64,000 nucleotides of DNA, taken from positions 2,499-66,498 of the forward strand of contig CALXPW010000002.1 of NCBI GenBank assembly GCA_944390365.1, written 5' to 3'. The stretch comes from an uncultured Clostridia bacterium (GTDB lineage Bacteria; Bacillota; Clostridia; TANB77; CAG-508). The number at the start of each line of letters is the position of its first letter. Positions within the stretch are counted from its first letter, which is position 1. Positions 9,524 through 18,162 of the stretch are shown in pieces. The notes under the pieces are model-generated. The model saw only the letters and a program-made list of their open reading frames with translations. It was not told the DNA's origin and searched no databases. Both the position numbers and the translations under genes were made by a program.

Positions 9524-10490
9524 TTTTAATAAAAAAATAAGAACATATATCAAATATGCTCCTATAACTTACCTTCTTTGCTCCATCTAAATTTAACTCT
9601 TTTAATTTTTCAATTATTATACTATTACCATCACTTTTAAGCCATATAGTTCCCTGATTCTTTGTTATAAATATATTACTTTCTTCCACTCCTGCTTCTT
9701 TTAATCTTTCTATGACACTTTGATCTGGATGGTTATAATTTTCATTATTTCCCGCAGATATAATTGCATAAGTTGGTTTTACTATGTTCAAAAATTCACT
9801 TGATGTCGATTCTTTTGCTCCATGATGTGCAACTTTTAGTACGTCTACTTTTTCCAATCCTTTTATTTTACTATCTATACTATCTGTTATGTCTCCTGTA
9901 AATAAATATTTTGTACTTCCATAATCAAGTTTAATAACTATTGATGTATCATTAAATCTATTTTTGTCGCTTGAATTAGAATTGTCAACATTTAAACATT
10001 TCCATATTGCATTTCCTAACTTATATTCTTTGTCTTCTGACTTTTCTATTTGTTGCTTGTTAATATTATTTTCTTTAATATATTCTTCTAATTGTATATA
10101 AAATTGTTTTCCTTCATATGTACTATATGGCATATATAATGTTTCCACTTTTATATTTGTTAAAATTTCTTGCATTCCTCCAATATGATCTTCATCTATA
10201 TGAGTTCCTATTAAATAGTCTAATTCACCTATACCTTGCTCTTTTAAAAATTTTGAAATATACTTTCCATCTGAATTATTTCCACAATCTATTAACATTT
10301 TTGCGTTGTTATTAGTTATTAATATGCTTTCAGCTTGTCCTACATTAAAGAAAAATATGTTTAACTCTGAATTGTCTATTCCAATATTTCCATATTCTTT
10401 ATTTGTATTTATTTCTATACATACTAAAAATATTAAAATTAATATAATTATTAATACTGCTAAAATAGATTTTAGATTCTTCTTATTCAT
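9516..10490 (-). CDS. membrane-anchored MBL-fold metallo-hydrolase (ComEC C-terminal-domain-like)
   Basis: N-terminal TM helix LKSILAVLIIILILIFLVCI. Metallo-beta-lactamase motifs THIDEDHIGG and VAHHGAKEST. RBS AGGAGG. Starts 9 nt after the AbiEii stop. Confidence 0.8.
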   Translation of the reverse strand: MNKKNLKSILAVLIIILILIFLVCIEINTNKEYGNIGIDNSELNIFFFNVGQAESILITNNNAKMLIDCGNNSDGKYISKFLKEQGIGELDYLIGTHIDEDHIGGMQEILTNIKVETLYMPYSTYEGKQFYIQLEEYIKENNINKQQIEKSEDKEYKLGNAIWKCLNVDNSNSSDKNRFNDTSIVIKLDYGSTKYLFTGDITDSIDSKIKGLEKVDVLKVAHHGAKESTSSEFLNIVKPTYAIISAGNNENYNHPDQSVIERLKEAGVEESNIFITKNQGTIWLKSDGNSIIIEKLKELNLDGAKKVSYRSIFDICSYFFIKIS

Positions 10491-10499
10491 ACTATCCTC

Positions 10500-11321
10500 C
10501 TATACTTCTACAACTTGTAATGTTTCAAAATAATCTAGTACACTTTTAATTACTTCTTCTATTGGTAATTCCAACCAATTATTTTTAGCTGTATTTAAAT
10601 TTCTTAAGTAATTTTTATTATGTAATATTCTTTTTAGTCTATTAAATATGTCTTCTAAATTATTTTCCTTCATTGTCTCATCACTAAAGATAAAGGTGTC
10701 AAAGCATTTAAGTAACTTATCTTTGCTTAAGCTTTCATTATTTATTAAGTAATAAAAATCAAATATATCTTTATATCTTGTTGAAACAAATCCAAATTTT
10801 AATAATGACTTTAATTTTTCTGTAAAAATTTGTTCCTTTGAATTTATTAACAATGTAACACTTTCATTGATATTATTTAAGTCAAAACAATATTCATCTT
10901 GCTCTATATCAAAGTTTTTATGTACTCCTATGTCTAATTTAGTTTCAATTTTATTATGTTTTTTATCCTTAACTTCAATATATACTCGTTTCCCATTATA
11001 ATCTTGATGACTTAGCACTTCTATTTTGCCTATTATATTTATGCTTATATCTGTTTGTGGATAATTTAATTTTTCTATAAAATTTTTTATTGATTTATCA
11101 TCTAATGAATATTTAATAAAATCTAAGTCTAAATCTCGTGTAGCTCGACGACTATCTTTAGAAATATTATGCATAACCACTCCACCTTTTATGGTTATAT
11201 TTCTATTTAACGCACTTTTAGATATTTTAGCTAAAAGTATATCTTGGCATACTTTGGCTGATGCATCTAAAAAATCATATCCTTCATTTATGTAGTTTTG
11301 TCTCATTTCTTGTAAATCCAT
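10500..11321 (-). CDS. abiEii: AbiEii/AbiGii family nucleotidyltransferase toxin (type IV TA / abortive infection)
   Basis: IKGGVVMHNISKDSRRATRDLDLDF matches the AbiEii NTase motif. Its start overlaps the AbiEi stop by 1 nt (TAATG). Confidence 0.8.
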   Translation of the reverse strand: MDLQEMRQNYINEGYDFLDASAKVCQDILLAKISKSALNRNITIKGGVVMHNISKDSRRATRDLDLDFIKYSLDDKSIKNFIEKLNYPQTDISINIIGKIEVLSHQDYNGKRVYIEVKDKKHNKIETKLDIGVHKNFDIEQDEYCFDLNNINESVTLLINSKEQIFTEKLKSLLKFGFVSTRYKDIFDFYYLINNESLSKDKLLKCFDTFIFSDETMKENNLEDIFNRLKRILHNKNYLRNLNTAKNNWLELPIEEVIKSVLDYFETLQVVEV

Positions 11322-11863
11322 TAGAACACCTCCCTCTGTAATGTTTCATATATATGCTCTTCATGTGGAAATCTCTCTATATATTCTTCAATTTTACTTA
11401 TATCTAAGTCATTTATTATTTTTCTATAGTTGGAAATAATTTCTTTATAATAATCAAAAGCAATTTGATTTTTATTTCTGATTAGTTCTATTAGCATTCT
11501 TTCTTTATCATAAACATTAATAGTAGCTCCTTCAACAGTCATTTGCATCTTACCAATTTCAAATAATTTTTTTATAATTAAAACTTGATTTATTTTTTCA
11601 TCTTTAATACGTGATGAATTTCTTTCAATAGCTAAATTTATTTTACTTGGAATGACGTCCGTTAGATTATGGAAATAGAATGCACTATCCATTGTAAAAA
11701 TTGCATTGGGGTATTTTTTTGAAATTAACTCTAAATAATTAACATTTTTTGTATCAGAATATACATTTTTTTCTATTTTATATATTTCTCCATTTTTAAT
11801 TGCTTTTTCAATTTTGTAATTGTTTTTATACTTTTCTTTAATTTCTTTATAATTATATATCAT
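11321..11863 (-). CDS. abiEi: AbiEi family antitoxin / transcriptional regulator
   Basis: N-terminal winged-helix-like KAIKNGEIYKIEKNVYSD. Translationally coupled to AbiEii. I prefer ATG 11863 (GGTGG 6 nt upstream) over the track's TTG at 11875. Confidence 0.7.
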   Translation of the reverse strand: MIYNYKEIKEKYKNNYKIEKAIKNGEIYKIEKNVYSDTKNVNYLELISKKYPNAIFTMDSAFYFHNLTDVIPSKINLAIERNSSRIKDEKINQVLIIKKLFEIGKMQMTVEGATINVYDKERMLIELIRNKNQIAFDYYKEIISNYRKIINDLDISKIEEYIERFPHEEHIYETLQREVF

Positions 11864-11884
11864 TTTAACCACCAATTTAATTTT

Positions 11885-11929
11885 AAACTAATTATCCGCA
11901 CTTGTCAAGCAAGTGCGGATAATTAGTTT
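11885..11929. promoter_or_regulatory. perfect 20-bp-arm palindrome upstream of abiEi (candidate operator, or terminator of the upstream gene)
   Basis: AAACTAATTATCCGCACTTG (11885-11904), loop TCAAG, CAAGTGCGGATAATTAGTTT (11910-11929). On the minus strand the centre reads TTGACA, followed 17 nt later by TAAAAT (11885-11880). Confidence 0.5.
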
Positions 11930-11951
11930 GATTTTTTAAAAGAAATTTTTC

Positions 11952-13178
11952 CTATTTTTTACCAACTTTTTTTCTATTTTCAAATACTTCTATCCTTTGT
12001 AACATATCATTTACTGTAATTTTACCTTCAGCACAGTCTTGTTTTAATTCTAATGCCATATAATTCCATTGATTAAACTCACTTTTTGAAATTATTTTTC
12101 TATCAGCTTTATATTTATACCTTTTATATACTCTCCAATATTCTTTTTCTCCTGGTATATCTCCTGCTTTTTCTTTATGTCTATTCATTGCTCCAGCATC
12201 TTTGCAAGTTTTTTCTGTTCCTTTTATTGGTCGATTACAATATATTTCATCTTTTCTATTTACTGGTATAAAATATTGATGACAATTTTCGCATTCTTTA
12301 AACTCTATATCACTGCTTACAAATTTTAATAATTCAAATCGAATTAAATCGTTCATATCTTTAATTTCATATAATTCCTTTATTTCTGTGCTATCTCTTT
12401 TAACCACATCAATCAAATCTTTACTTGTTTTATATTCAGCTCTTTCATCTAAATTAGGAACTGCTCTATAAAATACATTAAATGGTTTGTTTATATAAAA
12501 ATTATCTTGTTTATTTTCAATAACTCTTGTTTGGTCTAGAACATATAGTTTTTGTGCATTTGACATTCCTTCTAATTGACTATTGGTTATTTTTTTATAA
12601 ATATAATCTATCTCTTCTTTTAAAATGGCTCTCTTTCTCTTTATATCTGCTATAATTTCTTCTCTTACATAATGATAAAATTTTATATATCTTTCCTTTT
12701 TCTTTTCATCAATTACTGATGCCAATTTTCTAATCCCTATATATCTATCTGTTTTTAATTTTTTATCTTTTTTTGCATTTTCATGTTCTACATAAATACA
12801 ATTTTTTACAGTAGTATCTGGCATTTTCTTTTCTAATATATCCATTCTTTCTACTCCACTTGTTGGAGTTTCAGACATAATTTCATATAGCATTTGTGTA
12901 TAAAAGTGCATATATACACAACTATTATCTATTTGTGCCATTAAATCTTGTAACATTTCTATGTAATCAAACATTGATATTTTAGTATTCGAAGCATTTT
13001 GAGTTATTAAATCAATAACTTGTGTATATGCCATATTTATCTCATCAATATCTAAATACATAAAGTTTAATAAATGGATTCCTAATGGAAATTCCATTCT
13101 CTGTACTCCTAAAAAATCTTCATTATCTGGATAAATACATATATGATTATTTTCGTTCAAAGTCGCATATAAAGCCAT
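11952..13178 (-). CDS. mobile-element protein with C-terminal Cys4 zinc-ribbon-like motif; paralog of 2398..3609
   Basis: I moved the start to ATG 13178 (MALYATLNENN, GGGGTG upstream). The C-terminal CENCHQYFIPVNRKDEIYCN...KTCKDAGAM is shared with the first copy. Confidence 0.6.
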   Translation of the reverse strand: MALYATLNENNHICIYPDNEDFLGVQRMEFPLGIHLLNFMYLDIDEINMAYTQVIDLITQNASNTKISMFDYIEMLQDLMAQIDNSCVYMHFYTQMLYEIMSETPTSGVERMDILEKKMPDTTVKNCIYVEHENAKKDKKLKTDRYIGIRKLASVIDEKKKERYIKFYHYVREEIIADIKRKRAILKEEIDYIYKKITNSQLEGMSNAQKLYVLDQTRVIENKQDNFYINKPFNVFYRAVPNLDERAEYKTSKDLIDVVKRDSTEIKELYEIKDMNDLIRFELLKFVSSDIEFKECENCHQYFIPVNRKDEIYCNRPIKGTEKTCKDAGAMNRHKEKAGDIPGEKEYWRVYKRYKYKADRKIISKSEFNQWNYMALELKQDCAEGKITVNDMLQRIEVFENRKKVGKK

Positions 13179-13509
13179 TTTATCACCCCTATATTTTTGG
13201 AATATCGATATTTTGCATTTTTTAGAAAATCGATTTCTACGATACATATTATACAAAACTATTGTAATTTTTTCAATATCGTTTTATTATTTCCATCAGA
13301 AGCAGATAAAAATTTTATCTTCGCTTATGTACATTGAAAACTAAATAGTCCAGATATACACAGATAATGAAACTTCTACCTGGCTAACGTGATGTAAAGG
13401 GGTAGCTCTTCTAGATGGAGGGAATGGAAACAGAACCATTATGGTATTAAATACATATATAGGGACGTTAAACAAGAAAAAATTTTTGAGGAAAGGAGAA
13501 CAAATACAT

Positions 13510-13713
13510 ATGAGAAGTACATTTAAAACGAACGAAGAATTACCTGCAACATTGTCAGCGACAGATATTAGTAAATACTTAGGAATTTCAAAAGCTAATT
13601 CATATCAATTAATGAATCGTTCAGATTTTCCTACACTTAAACTTGGTAAACGAAAATTAGTACCAAAAGATAAATTTTTAATATGGGTAAATAACAATAC
13701 AAATGTTATTTAG
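13510..13713 (+). CDS. excisionase-type helix-turn-helix DNA-binding protein
   Basis: Start moved to ATG 13510 (RBS GGAAAGGAG). LSATDISKYLGISKANSYQLMNRSDFPTLKLGKRKLVPKDKFLIWV is Xis/MerR-like. It is divergent from the Cys4 gene. Confidence 0.75.
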   Translation: MRSTFKTNEELPATLSATDISKYLGISKANSYQLMNRSDFPTLKLGKRKLVPKDKFLIWVNNNTNVI

Positions 13714-13725
13714 AAGGAGTAACTT

Positions 13726-15510
13726 ATGGAAGAAAATATAAATAAAAAAAATAATATTCAGGTAAATGCTTTAAATGTTGGCACAGAGAAAGCATCTTCT
13801 AAATATTATTCTTATCAAAATGATTCTACTGATATTATACAAGCAAATACAAATAAATTCAATAAAAATCAAGAAAATTCTTTAAGTTCTCTATTCGAAA
13901 AGACACCTTACGAAATAATTGATGGTTCTTTATTTAAGGTTACAAATAAAAAAGGAAATAAAGTTTATCAAAAATTATCAAACTTTGTTCCTTATTTAAA
14001 AAATGAAACAATTATTGATGATGGTGTAGATGTAAAAAGATATTTGAGTATGGAAGGTAAACATGCTAATGGCAAAAATCTGCCTTCCATTAGAATATCT
14101 GCAAATGATTTTAACAATATGAATTGGATAATAAAAAATTGGGGCTTACATTGTAATATTGAAACAGGACAAACTGTAAAAGATTGTATTAGACATGCTA
14201 TTCAATGTACTGCAACTAATATAAAAATTGAACATATCTATTGTCATACTGGTTGGAGAAATATTAATAATAAATTAGTATTTCTATGTAATGGCTTATA
14301 TTTAGATAAAAATATCGAAACAAATGTTGAACTAGAAGGAAAATTATCACGATATTGCTTAACAGATGTTACAGAAAGAAATATCGATGAAGATTTAAAA
14401 TGTATAAGGAAATTACTAGATACTGAATTTATACCACATAAAATCATATTACCTTTAATTGCTTTAGCATTTCTATCTCCATTAAATCATTTTCTAAAAA
14501 TAGCTGATTGTGAACCAAAATTAGTATTATTTTTAATTGGAAAAACTGGAGCTAAGAAAAGCACTCTTGCTTCTCTTATATTATCATTCTTTGGAGATTT
14601 TACTAATACTGATTTACCTATATCTTTTAGAGATACTGCTAATAGTATTATTGCACAATCATTTATCTTAAAAGATGTTTTAACTGTAATTGATGACTAC
14701 CACCCTTCTACTAAATTAGATGAATTATCTATGAATAAAACAGCACAAGTCATTATGAGATCTTATGGCGATAGAATAGGAAAAAATAGATTAAATTGTG
14801 ATAGTACATTAAAAGTATCAAAACCACCTAGAGGAAATGTCATCATTACTGGAGAATCAACGCCAGATATTTCCGAAAGCGGTACTGCTAGATATATCAG
14901 TATTGAATTACAGCCAAACGACATTGATGTTTCGAAATTAACCGAATTACAAGAATTATCAAGAAATGGAGTTCTTAAATCTGTTATGAGTTTTTATATT
15001 AGATGGATTTATCAATATGTGAATGGTGTTTATACAGAAAAAGAATATGCAGATAAATTAAGAGAAGATTTTATAAATAATAGAAAAATCCTAATTACAG
15101 AATTAACTAATAGAAATATAACTTTTCATCCTAGAATACCCGAAGCATTATCTTGGCTCTTTATAGGTTTTGAGAAATTTTTAAACCTTATGAATAATGC
15201 AAATGTTCTTACAAATGATGATTTACAATTTTTAGTTTCCGAATTTGCAGATATTTTAATAAATCTAGCAATATCTCAATCTAAAACTGTTACTGAAGAT
15301 AATCCTAGTATAAAGTTTGTTACTAAATTAAATTCATTGTTAGAAAGCAAAATTGCAAGAGTTCAAGATATAAGGACTTATCAATATGCAGGTGGAGATG
15401 GATTTATAGAAACTTCAAAAGATAGTAGAACAAAATTACTACGAGTTGGTGGTAGTCCACAAAGATTTATATGGTTAAAAAAAGATAAATTTAGGAATAT
15501 TATACAGTAA
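13726..15510 (+). CDS. P-loop NTPase, putative element replication helicase/initiator (DUF927 / Cch-like or primase-helicase C-terminal type, tentative)
   Basis: RBS AAGGAG. Walker A GKTGAKKST and Walker B LTVIDDYHP in the middle of a 594-aa protein. It lies between the HTH gene and an iteron field. The family name is tentative. Confidence 0.6.
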   Translation: MEENINKKNNIQVNALNVGTEKASSKYYSYQNDSTDIIQANTNKFNKNQENSLSSLFEKTPYEIIDGSLFKVTNKKGNKVYQKLSNFVPYLKNETIIDDGVDVKRYLSMEGKHANGKNLPSIRISANDFNNMNWIIKNWGLHCNIETGQTVKDCIRHAIQCTATNIKIEHIYCHTGWRNINNKLVFLCNGLYLDKNIETNVELEGKLSRYCLTDVTERNIDEDLKCIRKLLDTEFIPHKIILPLIALAFLSPLNHFLKIADCEPKLVLFLIGKTGAKKSTLASLILSFFGDFTNTDLPISFRDTANSIIAQSFILKDVLTVIDDYHPSTKLDELSMNKTAQVIMRSYGDRIGKNRLNCDSTLKVSKPPRGNVIITGESTPDISESGTARYISIELQPNDIDVSKLTELQELSRNGVLKSVMSFYIRWIYQYVNGVYTEKEYADKLREDFINNRKILITELTNRNITFHPRIPEALSWLFIGFEKFLNLMNNANVLTNDDLQFLVSEFADILINLAISQSKTVTEDNPSIKFVTKLNSLLESKIARVQDIRTYQYAGGDGFIETSKDSRTKLLRVGGSPQRFIWLKKDKFRNIIQ

Positions 15511-15516
15511 TATTTT

Positions 15517-15707
15517 CTGTTACAACTGTTACATTTTTCTAAATTGCATATGGTTGTAAGAAAATATTAGTAACAATTATCTAAAATTATCTGATACAAA
15601 AATGAAACAGAATTTGTTACAACTTGTATCAGATATGTAACAAATAACAAAAGTTTATAATCAACTTATATAACTATATTCTACGATGTTGTAACAGATG
15701 TAACAGT
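15517..15707. repeat. iteron field: at least 8 copies of the heptamer TGTTACA in both orientations
   Basis: TGTTACAAC-TGTTACA at 15518-15533. Reverse copies at about 15553-15559. GTAACAA at 15570-15576. TGTTACAAC at 15615-15623. TGTAACA at 15637-15643. GTTGTAACA-GA-TGTAACA at 15688-15705, which is the inverted image of the first pair. Confidence 0.6.
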
Positions 15708-15842
15708 ATTTTTATATATACTTACTCTACTTTTTGTTAAATCTAAGCTATTCTTCGTAGTTTTTATAGGCAAGATTCCTAATTGTATAGACATACAATT
15801 AAATGGTTGCGTTATTGCTTTAGCAATTACGAACCATTATAT

Positions 15843-15908
15843 GTGGCTTTGCCACTAGATTTTACACCCAAAATTCACTTTGGGTGTTTTAATTTTGGGA
15901 GAACCCAA
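15843..15908 (+). promoter_or_regulatory. candidate oriT: three short hairpins immediately upstream of mobC
   Basis: GTGGC/GCCAC (15843-15855), ACACCCAAA/TTTGGGTGT (15864-15887), TTGGG/CCCAA (15895-15908). The position upstream of mobC-relaxase is the usual oriT location. Confidence 0.35.
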
Positions 15909-15947
15909 ACCCCTTTTACAAATTTTAGAGAAAGGAACTTAAGATAT

Positions 15948-16259
15948 ATGAGAAAAAATAATAAACAAATTAATTTTATAGTTAGTGAAAAAGATTATAA
16001 CTATGTAAAAAGGCAATCTGAAAAAGCTAATATAACTTTAACTGACTATTTAAAATATTCAGCACTTAACAAGAACATATATGTAATTGATGGATTAGAT
16101 GATGCTACAAGAGAACTTGCTAAAATTGGAAATAACTTAAATCAGCTAACTAGACTATGTCATCAAGATGTTATTACTTGTTTAGATTTAAGTGAAATTA
16201 GAGAGCAGGTGAAACATATATGGCAATTATTAAATTTACTAACTCCAAATCAACTTTAA
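15948..16259 (+). CDS. mobC: MobC family relaxosome accessory protein
   Basis: Start moved to ATG 15948 (MRKNNKQINF). ELAKIGNNLNQLTRLCH is the MobC signature. The gene overlaps the relaxase start. Confidence 0.8.
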   Translation: MRKNNKQINFIVSEKDYNYVKRQSEKANITLTDYLKYSALNKNIYVIDGLDDATRELAKIGNNLNQLTRLCHQDVITCLDLSEIREQVKHIWQLLNLLTPNQL

Positions 16260-17470
16260 AACATATTATAAATTACATAACACAAGATGCTAAAACTACT
16301 ACTGAACTAATTACAGGAAAAGATTGTACTTCTGATAATGCTTTAGAAGAAATGCAGACTATAAAAAATTTATATAACAAAACAACTGGTAGACAATATA
16401 TTCATTTAGTACAATCTTTTTCCCCTAACGATAATTTAAGTTATGACAAAGCACATGAAATTGGATTAGAACTTGCAAAACAATATAAAGGCTTTCAAGT
16501 ATTAGTAGCAACTCATACTGACAGAGAACATGTACATAATCATCTCGTAATAAATTCTGTATCTTTTGAAGATGGTAAGAAATTTCAACAAAGTAAAAAA
16601 GATATGGAAAAAATAAAAATATATTCTAATGAATTATGTGCAAAAAATGGACTTTCTACTATTTCATTAAAAGGTAATTCAAAGGTTAGTAATAGTTTAA
16701 CACAGAAAGAATATCAAGTAGCAAATAAAGGTGAAAGTTGGAAAATGCAACTAATAAATGCCATTGACTATTCAATGGAAAATTCATTAACTAAAAATGA
16801 TTTCATATCAAATATGAATAATTTAGGGTATCAAGTTAATTGGACTGATACAAGAAAAAATATAACTTACACTACTCCAAGTGGAATGAAGTGTAGAGAT
16901 AATAAATTATATGATATTAAATATTTAAAGGAGAATATGCAAAATGAGTTTAATAGAAAATTTAAAAGAGAAAAATCAAATACCACAGCAAACACAAATG
17001 AAAGCAGAGTTTTACACAGTTCAACCAGAAACGTGGATAACTCTATTCAAATGGATAGAAGATACGAAGGACAAAATCAAAAATATGGAATACAAAATGG
17101 ACAAGCAAATTTCAATGGCAGACATTCTGAATACACTAAAAAAGGAACTTACAGAAACAATAAGAATACATCTGGAAGTTCAGATGATGAAATATCAAGA
17201 GGAATTGAAAGAACTACAAAAGATAAAATGGAAAAATATATTCAAAGGGATACCAATAGGTATTGTAATAGGTATTTTAGTAACCGTTCTCTGGATACAT
17301 TAGTATCCCTTGCCTATTTATTTGAAAATAGACAATATAATCAAAATAAACCTAAAAGAACAATAAGAAGTTTTAGGAGTTTAAGCAAACAAGCTAAAAA
17401 AGAATGGATTATGAAGCATAAATATTCAAATGGCTTTGATTGGTTTGAAGAAGATGAATGGGAAATGTAA
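16220..17470 (+). CDS. relaxase/mobilization nuclease domain protein (MobA/VirD2-type, HxDxxxHxH)
   Basis: N-terminus MAIIKFTNSKSTLKHIINYITQ. Metal-binding motif ATHTDREHVHNHLVINSV. The C-terminal approximately 170 aa are low complexity. Confidence 0.85.
   Translation: MAIIKFTNSKSTLKHIINYITQDAKTTTELITGKDCTSDNALEEMQTIKNLYNKTTGRQYIHLVQSFSPNDNLSYDKAHEIGLELAKQYKGFQVLVATHTDREHVHNHLVINSVSFEDGKKFQQSKKDMEKIKIYSNELCAKNGLSTISLKGNSKVSNSLTQKEYQVANKGESWKMQLINAIDYSMENSLTKNDFISNMNNLGYQVNWTDTRKNITYTTPSGMKCRDNKLYDIKYLKENMQNEFNRKFKREKSNTTANTNESRVLHSSTRNVDNSIQMDRRYEGQNQKYGIQNGQANFNGRHSEYTKKGTYRNNKNTSGSSDDEISRGIERTTKDKMEKYIQRDTNRYCNRYFSNRSLDTLVSLAYLFENRQYNQNKPKRTIRSFRSLSKQAKKEWIMKHKYSNGFDWFEEDEWEM
16944..17303 (+). 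CDS. nested out-of-frame ORF inside the relaxase gene (coiled-coil protein with C-terminal TM helix), speculative
   Basis: 119 codons open in a second frame of an AT-rich gene. AAGGAG lies 10 nt upstream of its ATG. The sequence looks protein-like (KELTETIRIHLEVQMMKYQEELKELQKIKW ... IPIGIVIGILVTVLWIH). Confidence 0.35.
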   Translation: MSLIENLKEKNQIPQQTQMKAEFYTVQPETWITLFKWIEDTKDKIKNMEYKMDKQISMADILNTLKKELTETIRIHLEVQMMKYQEELKELQKIKWKNIFKGIPIGIVIGILVTVLWIH

Positions 17471-17489
17471 AAAAATATTTTTAAAAACA

Positions 17490-17532
17490 TTGACTTTTGA
17501 CCGTCATAATGTTATTATGTTTATGACAGTCA
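17490..17532 (+). promoter_or_regulatory. promoter with overlapping inverted repeat (operator) for the RHH gene
   Basis: TTGACT (17490-17495), 17 nt, TATTAT (17513-17518). The inverted repeat TGACCGTCATA (17498-17508) / TATGACAGTCA (17522-17532) brackets the -10. A third TGACAGTCA lies at 17731-17739. Confidence 0.5.
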
Positions 17533-17546
17533 AAAAGGAGGTGGAT

Positions 17547-17711
17547 ATGACTGAGAAAAAGCTAGGTCGTCCAACTGATAATCCTAAAAATACTAAATTA
17601 ACTGTTCGTGTAGATGCGGAAACATTGGAAATATTAGAAAAATATTGTAAGAAAGAAAATATATCTAAAATGGAAGGTATTCGTAGAGGAATTAGAAAAT
17701 TGGACAAATAA
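17547..17711 (+). CDS. ribbon-helix-helix (CopG-like) DNA-binding protein
   Basis: Start moved to ATG 17547 (RBS AAGGAGGTG). KLTVRVDAETLEILEKYCKKENISKMEGIRRGIRKL is a typical RHH pattern. Confidence 0.75.
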   Translation: MTEKKLGRPTDNPKNTKLTVRVDAETLEILEKYCKKENISKMEGIRRGIRKLDK

Positions 17712-17861
17712 AAAAGGAAATAGTGTTTTCTGACAGTCAATCTTATTACACTATTCCCTAGCAATACTACTTTGAAAGTAGAATTACATGAATATTATAT
17801 CACATGCAATCTTCTACTTTCAACAAAAATGAAATTTTTAATGAAAGAAGGAGGATTTTTT

Positions 17862-18146
17862 ATGCTTATTAATCAAAATTTATTTGAAGAAGAACTTGAT
17901 GAGTTCTTTAATAATCTAATCAATTCATATCTAAACTATTTATCTCAAGAAGATGAAACTTATAAGAGGCTTGGCAAAAATAAAAATTCTTGTATTGAAA
18001 ATTTTCTAAAGGACTTTCCTAATACTAACGATTCTTTAGAAAAACTTATCAATCATATTTATTTAGAAAACCAGTATGAATCTGATGTTTTATATAGACA
18101 AGGTTTTATTGATTGCTTTAACTTTCTAAAACTTCTTGATTACTAA
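17862..18146 (+). CDS. hypothetical small protein upstream of the integrase
   Basis: Start moved to ATG 17862 (RBS GAAGGAGG). 94 aa, with no motif recognised. Confidence 0.5.
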   Translation: MLINQNLFEEELDEFFNNLINSYLNYLSQEDETYKRLGKNKNSCIENFLKDFPNTNDSLEKLINHIYLENQYESDVLYRQGFIDCFNFLKLLDY

Positions 18147-18162
18147 TTCAAGGAGGTTCAAT

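Noticed and set aside
13260-13509. Relatively GC-rich, hairpin-containing leader between the Cys4 gene and the HTH gene (for example CTACC...GGTAG and GGAGGGAATGGAAACAGAACC), considered as a riboswitch or small RNA
   Set aside because: I could not match it to any riboswitch or RNA family consensus that I know. The stems are short. It may simply hold the divergent promoters and operators. It is worth a cmscan, but there is not enough evidence to report.
15783-15947. N-terminal 55 codons of track ORF 15783..16259
   Set aside because: It has no RBS and overlaps the candidate oriT hairpins. The MobC homology starts at the Met at 15948, which has its own RBS.
17504-17764. 86-aa minus-strand ORF
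   Set aside because: It is antisense to the well-supported RHH gene and its promoter, with no RBS.
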